Shown: positions 1-9,594, numbered from the stretch's first letter. The stretch: DNA of 64,000 bases from Planctomycetota bacterium (GCA_038060895.1 JBBTCT010000027.1:64001-128000), one strand, 5' to 3'. The notes: generated by a model from the letters alone, not told the origin. Numbers and translations are program-made.

Positions 1-1980
1 GCGCCACATCTCGGCGAAGACCTTCGACTTGTCCGGGCTCAGGTTGATCACGCAGTTCGACGTCACGCAGTCGACGCTCGCGTTGATGACGGGAAGAGTC
101 TCCAGGAACCCCTTTTTGAACTCCACGTTCGACCAGCCGAGGTTTTTCGCGACGACCGGCTTGCACTCGTGCGCGACCTTGAGCATCTCATCCGTCATGT
201 CCACGCCGATCGACTTGCCGGTCTTCCCGACGAACTTGCTCGCGATGAAGCAGTCGATGCCGGCGCCGCTTCCCAGGTCGAGGTGCGTCTCGCCTTCCTT
301 CAGGTCGGTCAGCGCGACCGGGGAGCCGCAGCCGTAGAACCGGTCGATGACGTCCTGCGGGATGTGGCCGACGTGATCCTTCGGATACGAGGTCGGGCAG
401 CAGAGTTCTTTCTGGGGTTCTTCGGCAGCCTTCCCGTAGTACTTCCGGACGCGCTGCCGCGCCTGGTCGATGTCGACGGAGAGCACGCAGTTCGAGTGGG
501 ACGTCGAGACGGTGACTTCGCCCGGAAGGGGCCGGTGTTCGCTGGCGCAGTGTTTTTCGCCCTGGCCCATCGCGCGCACCGCGTAAGGTGCGTCGAACCC
601 CGATTTCCGGTTCACCTTCGAGAGCGCTTCCTGGGCCATCGCCTCAAACTGGTCGGCGATGGTCGCCTTCCAGAGTTCGCAGTACGGGTCGGCGCCAAGG
701 ACAGAGCCGCCCGATGCCCAGTAGGAATGCTCGATGTCGCCGCCACCGCAGAGGAATTTGAGGGAGCAGTCGCGGCACAGGGCCTTTTCGCGGACGGAAG
801 CGTTCTGGAATGTGCGGCAGACCGGGGCGTCACGCAGGATCGCGTCGAGCCTCTGCGTTGCGACGTCGCCGCAGAGGAGCTCCGGGACGCCGCTGAATGA
901 GGCGCTCGGGTAGACCTTGCCGTCGTAATTCACGCAGAGCGATTCGACGCCCGCGTTCCCGAGATCGAGCTTGTCCCCGGCCGCGCGGTCGAGCCGCAGC
1001 TTGAATGCCTCGTCGTTGTCCACGCGGACGCCCGCCTCGGCCGAGGCCTTTCTCGTCGCGCGCATCTGCCGGATCAGCCGGTCGGTCGGGACGAAGAAGT
1101 CGCTCCCCGGTTCGACGGCGCGGCCGCGTTTGTGGAGCCACATGAAGTGCACCGACTCGATGCCGAGCTTTTTCGCGAGAGCGGGGAACGCCGGGAGTTC
1201 ATCGATGTTTTTATTTGTGACGACGCAGGACAATGTCAGGTGCGGCACCCCCGCCGCCACCAGCTCCTTCACGCCCTTCACGATCCGCTCGAACGTCCCT
1301 TCGCCGCGCACCGGGTCGTTCGTCGCCGGCGTCGCCCCGTCGCACGACACCTGGAGCCGCAGGCGGTCGCGGTGGGGAAGAGCCGCGAGCCGCTTCGCGT
1401 CGCAGCGGGTCCCGTTCGTGAGAATGGTGAGGCCGGCGGTCGCGGTGACCTTTGCGATGAAGTCGTAGATGTCCTCGCGCAGGAACGGCTCGCCGCCCGT
1501 GACGAAGAACTCCTTCACGCCGAGGGCGAGGGCCTGGTCCACGATCCCGAAAAGAACCTCCCGCGAAAACCCCTTCGCCCCCTCCGGCCCGCTCGACACG
1601 AGGCAGTGCGTGCACGTGAGATTGCAGAGGTTGTTGACCTGGATCCACAGTTCCCGGAGCTGCGGCTTCTTGTGGGCTGCGCGGCCGGCGTAGGCGCTGC
1701 GCGTGAAGGGCTTTTCGTCCAGCAGGTGGGTGCGCAGGCCGTCCTCGATCGCGGTGCGGACGTGGATCCACGCCTTTGCCGCTTCGACGGCGAACTCGTT
1801 CGCGTACCGTTCGGTGATGTCGCGCACCGTCCGGTGGCCGTCCACCCAGCCCAGGATCGCCGCACCGCGCGGGTCGGTCGCAACCCAGTTCGGCCCGTCC
1901 GGATCCACGAGCACGCGCGCTCCGTTCTCGCCGAACTGGAGAAGCGGTGGGGCGTGCAGGACGGACTTGTCGTGGAGCAT
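1..1980 (-). CDS. Radical SAM/SPASM protein with N-terminal RRE(PqqD)-like domain fused to an ArsM-like SAM-dependent methyltransferase; 3' end runs off the window
   Basis: Not in the ORF track (no stop in window). Hand translation from ATG 1980 (purine-rich AAGGGGAAGG upstream): MLHDKSVLHAPP..., CNLTCTHC, CRDCSLKFLCGGGD...DPYC, then VRKYYG..LCCP..FYGCGSP..LDLGSGAGIDC..GVDMTDEML..SNCVINLSPDK. Confidence 0.9.
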   Translation of the reverse strand, partial: MLHDKSVLHAPPLLQFGENGARVLVDPDGPNWVATDPRGAAILGWVDGHRTVRDITERYANEFAVEAAKAWIHVRTAIEDGLRTHLLDEKPFTRSAYAGRAAHKKPQLRELWIQVNNLCNLTCTHCLVSSGPEGAKGFSREVLFGIVDQALALGVKEFFVTGGEPFLREDIYDFIAKVTATAGLTILTNGTRCDAKRLAALPHRDRLRLQVSCDGATPATNDPVRGEGTFERIVKGVKELVAAGVPHLTLSCVVTNKNIDELPAFPALAKKLGIESVHFMWLHKRGRAVEPGSDFFVPTDRLIRQMRATRKASAEAGVRVDNDEAFKLRLDRAAGDKLDLGNAGVESLCVNYDGKVYPSASFSGVPELLCGDVATQRLDAILRDAPVCRTFQNASVREKALCRDCSLKFLCGGGDIEHSYWASGGSVLGADPYCELWKATIADQFEAMAQEALSKVNRKSGFDAPYAVRAMGQGEKHCASEHRPLPGEVTVSTSHSNCVLSVDIDQARQRVRKYYGKAAEEPQKELCCPTSYPKDHVGHIPQDVIDRFYGCGSPVALTDLKEGETHLDLGSGAGIDCFIASKFVGKTGKSIGVDMTDEMLKVAHECKPVVAKNLGWSNVEFKKGFLETLPVINASVDCVTSNCVINLSPDKSKVFAEMWR

Positions 1981-2171
1981 TGCGGACCTTCCCCTTTGCA
2001 ATGCGATGGCTTTACCAACTCCACTCGATGGTAAGAGTCCCGGGCGGAATCGGCAAGACGGGTCGGGCGCGCCTGAGCGTGAGAAAAATCCTCGCGGGTT
2101 TGGCTGCGTCGGCTTTTCCTTGTGGTTACTGCGCAGCTGATGGTTCTTGCGCCGACTCTGCCCAACCCACG

Positions 2172-2200
2172 AAAAAGTTTTCACTCTCAGGCGTGAAAAC
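2172..2200 (-). terminator. Palindrome GTTTTCAC-N8-GTGAAAAC followed by T5 on the minus strand; terminator of the FHA gene or an operator
   Basis: Perfect 8-bp inverted repeat 2177-2184/2193-2200; A5 at 2172-2176. Confidence 0.45.
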
Positions 2201-2284
2201 GACTTTCTTTGCCTGCGCTTTGGTTATTCGGATGCAGGAAGGGCATTCTGGATCCGGGAGGGGCAGGCTTCCGCTCGATGCGCC

Positions 2285-4120
2285 CTATTTCTTCGGTTCC
2301 GGCGCTGGCGCAGCGGCCGCGGCCTGGATCATCCAATTCGCAAGGAACTGGTACATCGAGTAGTGCGCCTTCGGGTCCGTCGAGACCTGCTGAAGGTGGC
2401 TCACAATATGGAGCACCCGCCCCTTCCCGTATCCAAACGTCGCCGCCACGCACCCCGTTCCCCATTTCTTCTTCATCTCGGCGCTCTCGACCAGCACCTT
2501 CACCTTGTCTTGCGCCTTGGGGTCCACCTTGAAGAGGTACGACCTCTCCTCCAGGTACCACTTGGTCGCGTCGCCTTTGAAATTGAAGACGTCCGTAAGA
2601 AGCGGGTCCCCGTTCGCCCCCTCCGCTGCTTCGATCCCGACCCAGGTCTCCGGCGACAGGGTCACGTTTCGCAGATACCCGGGAAACGCTTCCTTGATCG
2701 GCGACAGCGCCCAGTCGGTACTCACGACCCAGCCGCCCTTGTCGACGTAACTCCGCAGTTTCAGGATTCCCGAGCCGTCCAGCTCTCCGGGGCAATTGAT
2801 GATCAGCACCTTCACGCTGCTCAGTTTTGCGCCGCCAAATTTCCGCGGATCAATGGTTGTGTACCGCAGCTTCAGCTTGTCCAGCACCCGCTGTACCGTG
2901 TCGTACTCGCCCGTGACCACCGCGATTTCTCCCGCCTCCATCATCGCGACCGTCTTCCAGCCGCCGTGCTGCCCGTTCTCCAGGTTTCCACGCACCAGGT
3001 CCGCCGGATCGTCCCCCGGCTTGATTTCCACCGCGTCGTTCGGCTTGCCGCCGACTTTCTTGTCCACCGGCAGCCCCGGCGCCGGCTTCTGTCCCTTTTC
3101 CCACGACCCGTCGTCCGGCACCAGCTCCACCTTTACGAACTTTTTGAAAGCACCTCGCTTCGAGAGCGAGATCGCCGGGCGCGGGCTGGAAGCGGCGCGG
3201 GAAGAAGCGTCGGCAGCGGGAGTCGAGTCCGACATCGCGACCGAGTCCAGGTTCAGCTCCGGCTCCGCATTCTGTTCAGTAAGATCCGGTGTCGCAGGAC
3301 GCTTCGACACCTTCGGCGCGTCCGCCCCATCCGGCACGCCCTTTCCGTCTCCTTCCCGCACGTCGGCGGGCGGAATGAATATCGACTTCGGCGGCGCGAG
3401 GGTGACCGTGAGCGGCGAGGGCGGCGTCGCGATGTAGTGACGGTAGACGCAGACGGTGAGAACGAGCGCAATGAAGCCATGGATGCCGAGCGAAAGGGCG
3501 ATGGAGCCCGAAGCGGCGGCAGCGCTGACGAGGGAACGAACCGTGAATCGGCGGTCGTGGGCGCGCAGGCGGGCGCGGCGGGAAGGTGGAGCCAGTTTCG
3601 GTGCTATGGGGGAAGGCGCACGCGGAGGCGCGAGTTCGAGGGACATTGGAGGCGCTGCCGCGCCTTCGGCGCTTTGGCGTTGCTCGCTCAGGGGGGCCAG
3701 GGCCCCCGCGTCTGCTTCGCGGACGCGGGGGGTGGTTCCCAGGCCCGAGCCGGGGGCGGGAGGGGGGGAGATTCCCGACGCTCCGGGGTCCGGAAGCTGC
3801 AACCGCTGCAGACTTTCCGCTCGGGCCTGGCCACCGCCTGTTAAGAAGAGGAATCGGGCTGGACCGATCGTCACGGCCAGTCCGTCCGTCACGGCGACGC
3901 GGTCAACTTTTGCATCGTTGACCAGGAGGCCGTTCCTGCTTCCGGCATCGACCAGTTCCGCAGTTCCGTCGTCCGCGATCTGAATCCTTGCGTGACGACC
4001 TGAGACCTTCGGGTGATCGATCCGGATGTCCGCAGAGCGAGAGCGTCCGATCACGGTTGACTTGGCATCGAGTTGCCGGGTCGTTTTCCCGCCGTCCCAC
4101 TCGATGGTTACCGTGAGCAT
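2285..4120 (-). CDS. FHA-domain membrane protein (FHA, Pro-rich linker, TM helix, C-terminal class I GATase-like fold)
   Basis: IGRS..DIRI.HPKVSGRHA..D.GSRNG FHA motifs; hydrophobic segment SIALSLGIHGFIALVLTVCV; C-terminal VLIINCPG...YVDKGG. Confidence 0.8.
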   Translation of the reverse strand: MLTVTIEWDGGKTTRQLDAKSTVIGRSRSADIRIDHPKVSGRHARIQIADDGTAELVDAGSRNGLLVNDAKVDRVAVTDGLAVTIGPARFLFLTGGGQARAESLQRLQLPDPGASGISPPPAPGSGLGTTPRVREADAGALAPLSEQRQSAEGAAAPPMSLELAPPRAPSPIAPKLAPPSRRARLRAHDRRFTVRSLVSAAAASGSIALSLGIHGFIALVLTVCVYRHYIATPPSPLTVTLAPPKSIFIPPADVREGDGKGVPDGADAPKVSKRPATPDLTEQNAEPELNLDSVAMSDSTPAADASSRAASSPRPAISLSKRGAFKKFVKVELVPDDGSWEKGQKPAPGLPVDKKVGGKPNDAVEIKPGDDPADLVRGNLENGQHGGWKTVAMMEAGEIAVVTGEYDTVQRVLDKLKLRYTTIDPRKFGGAKLSSVKVLIINCPGELDGSGILKLRSYVDKGGWVVSTDWALSPIKEAFPGYLRNVTLSPETWVGIEAAEGANGDPLLTDVFNFKGDATKWYLEERSYLFKVDPKAQDKVKVLVESAEMKKKWGTGCVAATFGYGKGRVLHIVSHLQQVSTDPKAHYSMYQFLANWMIQAAAAAPAPEPKK

Positions 4121-4152
4121 TGGCTTTGTTTCCTTGGACGAGATGGGATTAA

Positions 4153-4168
4153 AGCAAGGGATGTGCCG
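4153..4168 (-). promoter_or_regulatory. Sigma-54 (-24/-12) promoter of the FHA gene
   Basis: Minus strand CGGCACatcccTTGCT = GG-N10-GC, near consensus, about 33 nt upstream of ATG 4120 in an AT-rich spacer. Confidence 0.65.
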
Positions 4169-4404
4169 TGGTGAACGAAAATTGTAACTCCTTGTGCCGC
4201 TATAAGATACGAGTTTTCAACAGCGGGCCATTCGTTGAAACTGTCAACCGCAGTTACAACTCGAGGCTGAAATGCAATGGAAGTGTTCAGGGTGCTGACA
4301 AGTTTCTTGCCTTTTTCAAATGCCGGGCCAGATGCGGAATCTATTCTTGCCCGTCGATACCGCTCGCGTCTCCCGCTGGTCTTGATCCCTATGTCCAGCT
4401 GGGC

Positions 4405-5469
4405 TCACACCTTTGGACGCATCTCACGATCATAGAGTTCCTCGTTGGCCCTCACCATTCCGGAAACGGTGTACTCACGTCCCGCCACCTCTCGCCCCTT
4501 CTCGCCCATTGATTTCGCCATTTCGCGATCCTCCAGAATCGACGAAAGCCGGTCCGCGAGCGACAGCGGATCTCCGGCCGCCACGACATACCCCGTCACT
4601 TTCTCGCGCACCAGTTCGACCGATCCGCCCACCGCCGTCGCCACGACCGGCAGCCCCCACGCCATCGCTTCCAGCACGACATTGGGCAGCCCTTCCCACT
4701 TGCTCGGCAGCACCAGTACCCGCGCGCTCCGCCAGAACGGTGCCACATCCGCCTGGAACCCGCACCACTCGACTCCCTCCACTCCCAGGCCGCGGAGTTC
4801 CGCTTCCTGCGGGCCTTTCCCGACGATGCGCAGCCTCGCCTCCGGGACTCGCTTGCGGACAAGCGGCCAGGCCGCGAGGAGACTCCTCACGTCCTTCTGC
4901 GGCTCGAGCCTCCCGACGAAAAGCGCTTCCGGCCTCGACCGGTCCACTCCTTCCAGCGACGGCAGCTCCACGCCATTGCGCACCACCACCAGCTTGCGAG
5001 GGTCGATCCCCGCTACCCGTTCCGTGTATTCGCGAACCGCTTCGCAGACGCACGTCTCGCAATCCATCTGGCCTTGCGTCAGCCGGTCCCACAGCAAGTG
5101 GTGCTTGCGCGTCTCGCACACGCGCACGCTCCCGATCACCCTCCGCACACCCGCCCGCCGTGCGACCATCCGGCCGAGCATGTTGGCGTGAAAAAGGAAT
5201 GAGTGGAGGATGTCCGGCTTCCACTCGGCCAGCTTGCGCTTGAGCCGGAAGGGCGCGCCGATGTCCCACTTGCGCTTCATGCCGAGCGATTCCGCAGGCA
5301 CGCCGGCCTGGATCAGTGCCTCGCCGACCGCGCCGAAGCCGCGCAGGCACAGAACGCGGGGTTCGAAGCGCGTGCGGTCGAGACCCGTGGCGAGATGGTA
5401 GAGCTGTTTTTCCGCGCCGCCGGGGTCGAGCTCGGTGATGAGGAAGAGGATGCGGAGGAGGGAAGGCAT
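4405..5469 (-). CDS. GT4 family glycosyltransferase
   Basis: ILFLITELDPGGAEKQL, FVGRLEPQKD, PSKWEGLPNVVLEAMAWGLPVVAT; start moved to ATG 5469. Confidence 0.9.
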   Translation of the reverse strand: MPSLLRILFLITELDPGGAEKQLYHLATGLDRTRFEPRVLCLRGFGAVGEALIQAGVPAESLGMKRKWDIGAPFRLKRKLAEWKPDILHSFLFHANMLGRMVARRAGVRRVIGSVRVCETRKHHLLWDRLTQGQMDCETCVCEAVREYTERVAGIDPRKLVVVRNGVELPSLEGVDRSRPEALFVGRLEPQKDVRSLLAAWPLVRKRVPEARLRIVGKGPQEAELRGLGVEGVEWCGFQADVAPFWRSARVLVLPSKWEGLPNVVLEAMAWGLPVVATAVGGSVELVREKVTGYVVAAGDPLSLADRLSSILEDREMAKSMGEKGREVAGREYTVSGMVRANEELYDREMRPKV

Positions 5470-5658
5470 GGCAGGCTGATGATGGCCGTCGTGTTGAGAA
5501 TACTCAACCTCGAATGAGGGCCGCATCCGCGGATAAATGCCGGATCTCGCGGAACCAGCCGCGGATAAAGACCAGCCGGTCGAACCTGCATGCAGGGGCG
5601 TCGTTGACTAGCAGTGGGGTCAGGCCCTACGCTTCCCCCACTCTAAGGAGATCGCCGC

Positions 5659-6357
5659 ATGACCCGCTTGATGTCCGTCGCACTTCTCGTGCTCCTTGCC
5701 GCCAGCTCTTCCACCAGTGCCGACGCCCTGTCTGACCGCTGGACGAAATTCAAGGCCGGGAGCTTCGTGAAAATAAAAACTACGGCGAAGCTCTCGGGCG
5801 AGGAGATGGTAGAAGAGTCGAAGTTCACGCTGACCGAGGTCACGGCCGATTTCTACGCGCTCAAGATCGAGACCTCCATGGGTGGGAACGCGCTTCCCGT
5901 CACCGACGTGAAGTTTCCGCTGACGCCGTCCGCGGCCCAGGACTGGACCTGGGAGGAGAAAGGCATCTCGGAGCTGGAACTCGACGGGCAGAAGATGAAG
6001 TGCTCGGTCCGCGTCGCGACGAGTTCGGACAAAAAGAGCCTGTGGACGGTGTGGATCACGGAGGTCGGCGGGGCGCCGCTGGAAGTGAAGTCGGAGAAGA
6101 AGCTGGTGGTGCCGGGAGGATCGCGGACGGAAACCAGCGCGGTGATCAAGCTGTCGGAGTCGGTGAAGATCGGCGAGAAGGAGGTCGCCTGCTGGGTGAA
6201 GACGGTGGTGCTGGAGATTGAAGGGCAGAAGGCGGAGAGCAAGGTGTGGGAGAGCCGGGACATGCCGGGGCTGGTGGTGAGGAGCGAGCAGAAGACGAGC
6301 TCGGGGGCGCTGGTGATGACGACGACGAGGGAAGTGGTCGAGTTTGAAGTGAAGTGA
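5659..6357 (+). CDS. Secreted hypothetical beta-strand-rich protein
   Basis: Signal peptide, AAGGAG SD, GC3-biased codons. Confidence 0.75.
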   Translation: MTRLMSVALLVLLAASSSTSADALSDRWTKFKAGSFVKIKTTAKLSGEEMVEESKFTLTEVTADFYALKIETSMGGNALPVTDVKFPLTPSAAQDWTWEEKGISELELDGQKMKCSVRVATSSDKKSLWTVWITEVGGAPLEVKSEKKLVVPGGSRTETSAVIKLSESVKIGEKEVACWVKTVVLEIEGQKAESKVWESRDMPGLVVRSEQKTSSGALVMTTTREVVEFEVK

Positions 6358-6363
6358 AGGGCG

Positions 6364-6448
6364 GTTTGGGGTTTGGAGTTCCGGAGGTTGAGTTCCGGGA
6401 TCCGGGTTCCGAGTTCCGGGTGGGGTTTGGGGTCGGGAGTTTGGAGTT
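6364..6448. repeat. Degenerate tandem heptamer tract G(G/A)GTT(C/T)(C/G)
   Basis: GGTTTG GGGTTTG GAGTTCC..GAGTTCC GGGATCC GGGTTCC GAGTTCC..GGGTTTG GGGTCGG GAGTTTG. Confidence 0.7.
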
Positions 6449-6481
6449 GATCCGGGGGTTGCTGTGGGGGGTGTGGCACTA

Positions 6482-7117
6482 GTGCGCGTCCTCATTTTCG
6501 ACCTGGACGGGACGCTGGCCGAAACGCGCCTCGATATCGCGGCGGCCGCGAATCACGCGCTTCGGACGGTCGGGCTCGCGGAGATGCCGGTTGCGCGGAT
6601 CACGACCTTCGTGGGCGAGGGCGCTGGAAAACTGATCGAACGATGTCTTGGCGCACGGCAGGACCTGTTCGCGCCGGCAATGGCGGCGTGGACCGCCCAC
6701 TATGAAATCCACCTGCTTGACACGAGCGTCCTTTACGAGGGCGTCGCCGCCACTCTCGCGCGACTTCCCGCGCCGCTCGCGGTCCTCTCGAACAAACCGG
6801 CGGGGATGACGAAAACGATTCTCGACGGCCTCGGCATCGCGCGGTATTTCGCCGAGGCCCTCGGCGGCGACTCGCTTCCGGTGAAAAAGCCCGATCCCGC
6901 GGGGATCATGCACCTCACCCGTTCGACCGGAGCGCAAACGGCGGTGCTGATTGGCGACACGCCGATCGACGTCGGGACGGCGCGGGCGGCAGGCATTCCG
7001 TGCTGGGGCGCCGCGTACGGCTTCGCAGGCAGGGCCGCCCTGGCGTACGCTGGGGCGGACGCCATTTTCGAGAGGTTCGAGGATGTGGCCGCGATGGCGG
7101 ATCTCTTGACCGATTGA
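6482..7117 (+). CDS. HAD-family hydrolase (phosphoglycolate phosphatase-like)
   Basis: FDLDGTL, SNK, KKPDP, IGDT..D motifs. Confidence 0.88.
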   Translation: MRVLIFDLDGTLAETRLDIAAAANHALRTVGLAEMPVARITTFVGEGAGKLIERCLGARQDLFAPAMAAWTAHYEIHLLDTSVLYEGVAATLARLPAPLAVLSNKPAGMTKTILDGLGIARYFAEALGGDSLPVKKPDPAGIMHLTRSTGAQTAVLIGDTPIDVGTARAAGIPCWGAAYGFAGRAALAYAGADAIFERFEDVAAMADLLTD

Positions 7118-7119
7118 GA

Positions 7120-7148
7120 ATCTATTGATATATATGCAATCAATAGAT
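7120..7148. promoter_or_regulatory. Palindromic operator ATCTATTGAT-N9-ATCAATAGAT
   Basis: Perfect 10-bp inverted repeat in an AT-rich patch 21 nt before a wHTH regulator. Confidence 0.7.
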
Positions 7149-7169
7149 CGACAATCAAAGGAGACTCAA

Positions 7170-7730
7170 ATGGAAAACGCCCCGCTCCTCGCCGGCGCCC
7201 TGTCCAGCCCCGCCCGCTCCCGCCTTCTCGCGCTCCTCCGCGAGCGGGGGCCTTCGACGCAGACGGAGCTCGCCCGCGAGATCGACGCCGCCCCGGCGAC
7301 CGCCGCGTACCACCTCCGGAGGCTCGAAGCGGCAGGGCTGGCACGCCAGGCCGGAACCCGGCCCGGCCCGCGGGGTACCGTCGAGAGGTTGTTCTCGATC
7401 TCGACCCGCGGGCGCCGGATGAGATTCGTGACCCGCCACGGAACGAAGGAGGACCAGATCATGCGCCGGTCCTCTCTGTCGGAGGTCCTCGACATCCACC
7501 GGGTGGCCACGCGCGCCATCCTCCGGGAGCCCGGCCGCTTCTTCGGGCTGTCCACGAGCCGCGTCTCGGCGACGCCGGCGCAGTTCCGCAGCCTTCATCG
7601 CCGCATCGGCGCGCTCCTGAAGACCTTCGCCAGGGGTCGCGAACGCGCGCCGAAGACCGGTGAAGAGCGTTGTGCAGCGCATTTCGGCCTGTACCCGGTC
7701 GGCCATCCGGCGCCTCGCAAGGCAAATTAG
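7170..7730 (+). CDS. Winged helix-turn-helix (ArsR-like) transcriptional regulator
   Basis: ALSSPARSRLLALL..TQTELAREI..AYHLRRLEAAGL; AAGGAG SD before ATG 7170. Confidence 0.85.
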   Translation: MENAPLLAGALSSPARSRLLALLRERGPSTQTELAREIDAAPATAAYHLRRLEAAGLARQAGTRPGPRGTVERLFSISTRGRRMRFVTRHGTKEDQIMRRSSLSEVLDIHRVATRAILREPGRFFGLSTSRVSATPAQFRSLHRRIGALLKTFARGRERAPKTGEERCAAHFGLYPVGHPAPRKAN

Positions 7731-7784
7731 CCTCGCGGGTCCGAATTGACCCCGCTTTCACCCCCCCATACACTCCGCCGCTCC

Positions 7785-8126
7785 ATGACTCCCGAACAAG
7801 CCGCTCGATCCCTTGGCGAAGAACTCGCTTCCAGCCCGGAACTCACCGAACTGATGCGCTGTGAGAAGGCCTACGCCGCGGACTCTGCCGCGCAGGCACT
7901 GGTGAAGTCGGCGCAGGACGCGGGCGCGAGAATCCAGGAGTTGCAGAAGGCCGGAAAGAAGCTGGAACTGGCCGAGGCAAAGCGCATCGCGGAAGTCCAG
8001 GCGAACCTGGACTCGTGCAGGGTTGTTCAACAGCTGGTCGCTTCGCAGAAAGCCTACGAAGCCATGGTGCAGCGGTTGAACGGGGTCGTGCAGTCCGTCG
8101 TCGAGGAGAAGCGAAAAAAGGGATGA
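7785..8126 (+). CDS. YlbF/YmcA-family regulator
   Basis: A..LGEEL..SPE helical pattern; ATGA overlap with lysS. Confidence 0.7.
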   Translation: MTPEQAARSLGEELASSPELTELMRCEKAYAADSAAQALVKSAQDAGARIQELQKAGKKLELAEAKRIAEVQANLDSCRVVQQLVASQKAYEAMVQRLNGVVQSVVEEKRKKG

Positions 8127-9589
8127 GCGAGCAAGAGAAGAAGGAAACGGGCGGGCCGCGGCCCGAGGAGAAGCTCCTCGCGGACCGGCGCGCCCACATG
8201 GAGGCGGTCAAGGCGAAGGGGATCGATCCGTGGGGCGGGCGGCACGACGGGACCTCGCCGATCGGGCCGATGGTGGTCGCGTACGAGGAGGGCCTCGAAG
8301 TTTCGGCGGCCGGGAGAATCACCGGACGCCGTCAGTTCGGAAAAGCCAACTTCCTCGACCTGCGCGACTGGACCGGAAAGATCCAGCTCTACGTGAAAAA
8401 GGACATCGTCGGCGACGCCGCGATGGAGCTGTTCAACCTGCTCGACCTCGGCGACCTGGTCGCGGTCAAGGGCAAGCTCTTCAAGACCAAGACCGGCGAA
8501 ACCACGGTCGAAGTGAAGGAATTCCGCGTCCTCACGAAGTCGCTCCGGCCGCTTCCCGAAAAGTGGCACGGCCTGCAGAACGTGGAAATCCGGTACCGGC
8601 AGCGGTACCTGGACATGATCTCGAATCCCGAGGTGATGGAGACGTTCCGGAAGCGGTCGCTGATCGTGTCGGAGTGGCGGCGGTGGCTGACGGAGCGCGG
8701 GTTCATCGAGGTGGAGACGCCGATGATGCAGCCCATTCCCGGCGGCGCGGCGGCGAAGCCGTTCGTCACGCACCACAATGCGCTCGACATGCAGCTGTAC
8801 ATGAGGATCGCGCCGGAGTTGTACCTGAAGCGGCTGCTGGTGGGCGGGATGGAGAAGGTGTTCGAGATCAACCGGAACTTCCGCAACGAGGGCATCAGCC
8901 CGCGCCACAATCCCGAGTTCACGATGTGCGAGCTGTACTGGGCGTACAGCGACTACAACGGAATGATGGAGCTGACCGAGGGGCTGCTGATGCACCTGTC
9001 GCGGCTCACGTCCACGACGGGCCGTGTCCCGTTCGACGGGCGCGAGTTCGACTTTACGCCGCCGTGGCCGCGGAAAAAGTACCTCGACCTGTTCCAGGAG
9101 AAGGCGGGCTTTGACTGGTTCGACCACGAAAAAGTGGTGGCGAAGGCGCGCGAACTGAAGCTGGAGGTGGGGAAGCGCCCGCACGAGGCGATCGCGAACG
9201 ACGTGTGGGAGCACCTTGTCGAAGCAGACCTCGCCGGTCCGGTGTTCGTGATCGATTTCCCGGTCGAGTTGAGCCCACTGACGAAGCGGTCGGCGGCGGA
9301 CAACCGGGTGGTGGAGCGCTTCGAGCTCTACATCGCGAACATGGAAATTGCGAACGCCTACACGGAGCTGAACGACCCGATCGAGCAGCGCGAACGGTTC
9401 GAAAGGCAGATCACGGCGAAGGAAGAAGGGATGGAGCGGATTGACGAGGATTTCCTGGTGGCGCAGGAGCATGGGATGCCGCCGGCGGGGGGGATCGGGA
9501 TCGGGGTGGATCGGGTGGCGATGCTGCTGACTGATTCGAAGTCGATCAGGGATGTGATCCTGTTCCCGCTCATGAGGAAGACGGAGTAG
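8123..9589 (+). CDS. lysS: Lysine--tRNA ligase (class II)
   Basis: RYRQRYLD, FIEVETPMM, RIAPELYLKRL, FRNEG, HNPEFT, GMPPAGGIGIGVDR. Confidence 0.98.
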   Translation: MSEQEKKETGGPRPEEKLLADRRAHMEAVKAKGIDPWGGRHDGTSPIGPMVVAYEEGLEVSAAGRITGRRQFGKANFLDLRDWTGKIQLYVKKDIVGDAAMELFNLLDLGDLVAVKGKLFKTKTGETTVEVKEFRVLTKSLRPLPEKWHGLQNVEIRYRQRYLDMISNPEVMETFRKRSLIVSEWRRWLTERGFIEVETPMMQPIPGGAAAKPFVTHHNALDMQLYMRIAPELYLKRLLVGGMEKVFEINRNFRNEGISPRHNPEFTMCELYWAYSDYNGMMELTEGLLMHLSRLTSTTGRVPFDGREFDFTPPWPRKKYLDLFQEKAGFDWFDHEKVVAKARELKLEVGKRPHEAIANDVWEHLVEADLAGPVFVIDFPVELSPLTKRSAADNRVVERFELYIANMEIANAYTELNDPIEQRERFERQITAKEEGMERIDEDFLVAQEHGMPPAGGIGIGVDRVAMLLTDSKSIRDVILFPLMRKTE

Positions 9590-9594
9590 GCATC

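Noticed and set aside
2187-2246. 19-aa ORF MPFLHPNNQSAGKESRFHA as RiPP precursor for the radical SAM enzyme
   Set aside because: No SD, no precursor-like features, and it overlaps a hairpin; unsupported.
2147-3844. Long antisense or alternate-frame ORFs (also 8054-9715, 23376-24953, 47444-49399 and others)
   Set aside because: Shadow ORFs of real genes in high-GC DNA; Arg/Pro-rich with no motifs.
5527-5569. CCGCGGATAAA occurring twice between divergent genes
   Set aside because: Two 11-bp copies only; too weak to call an operator.
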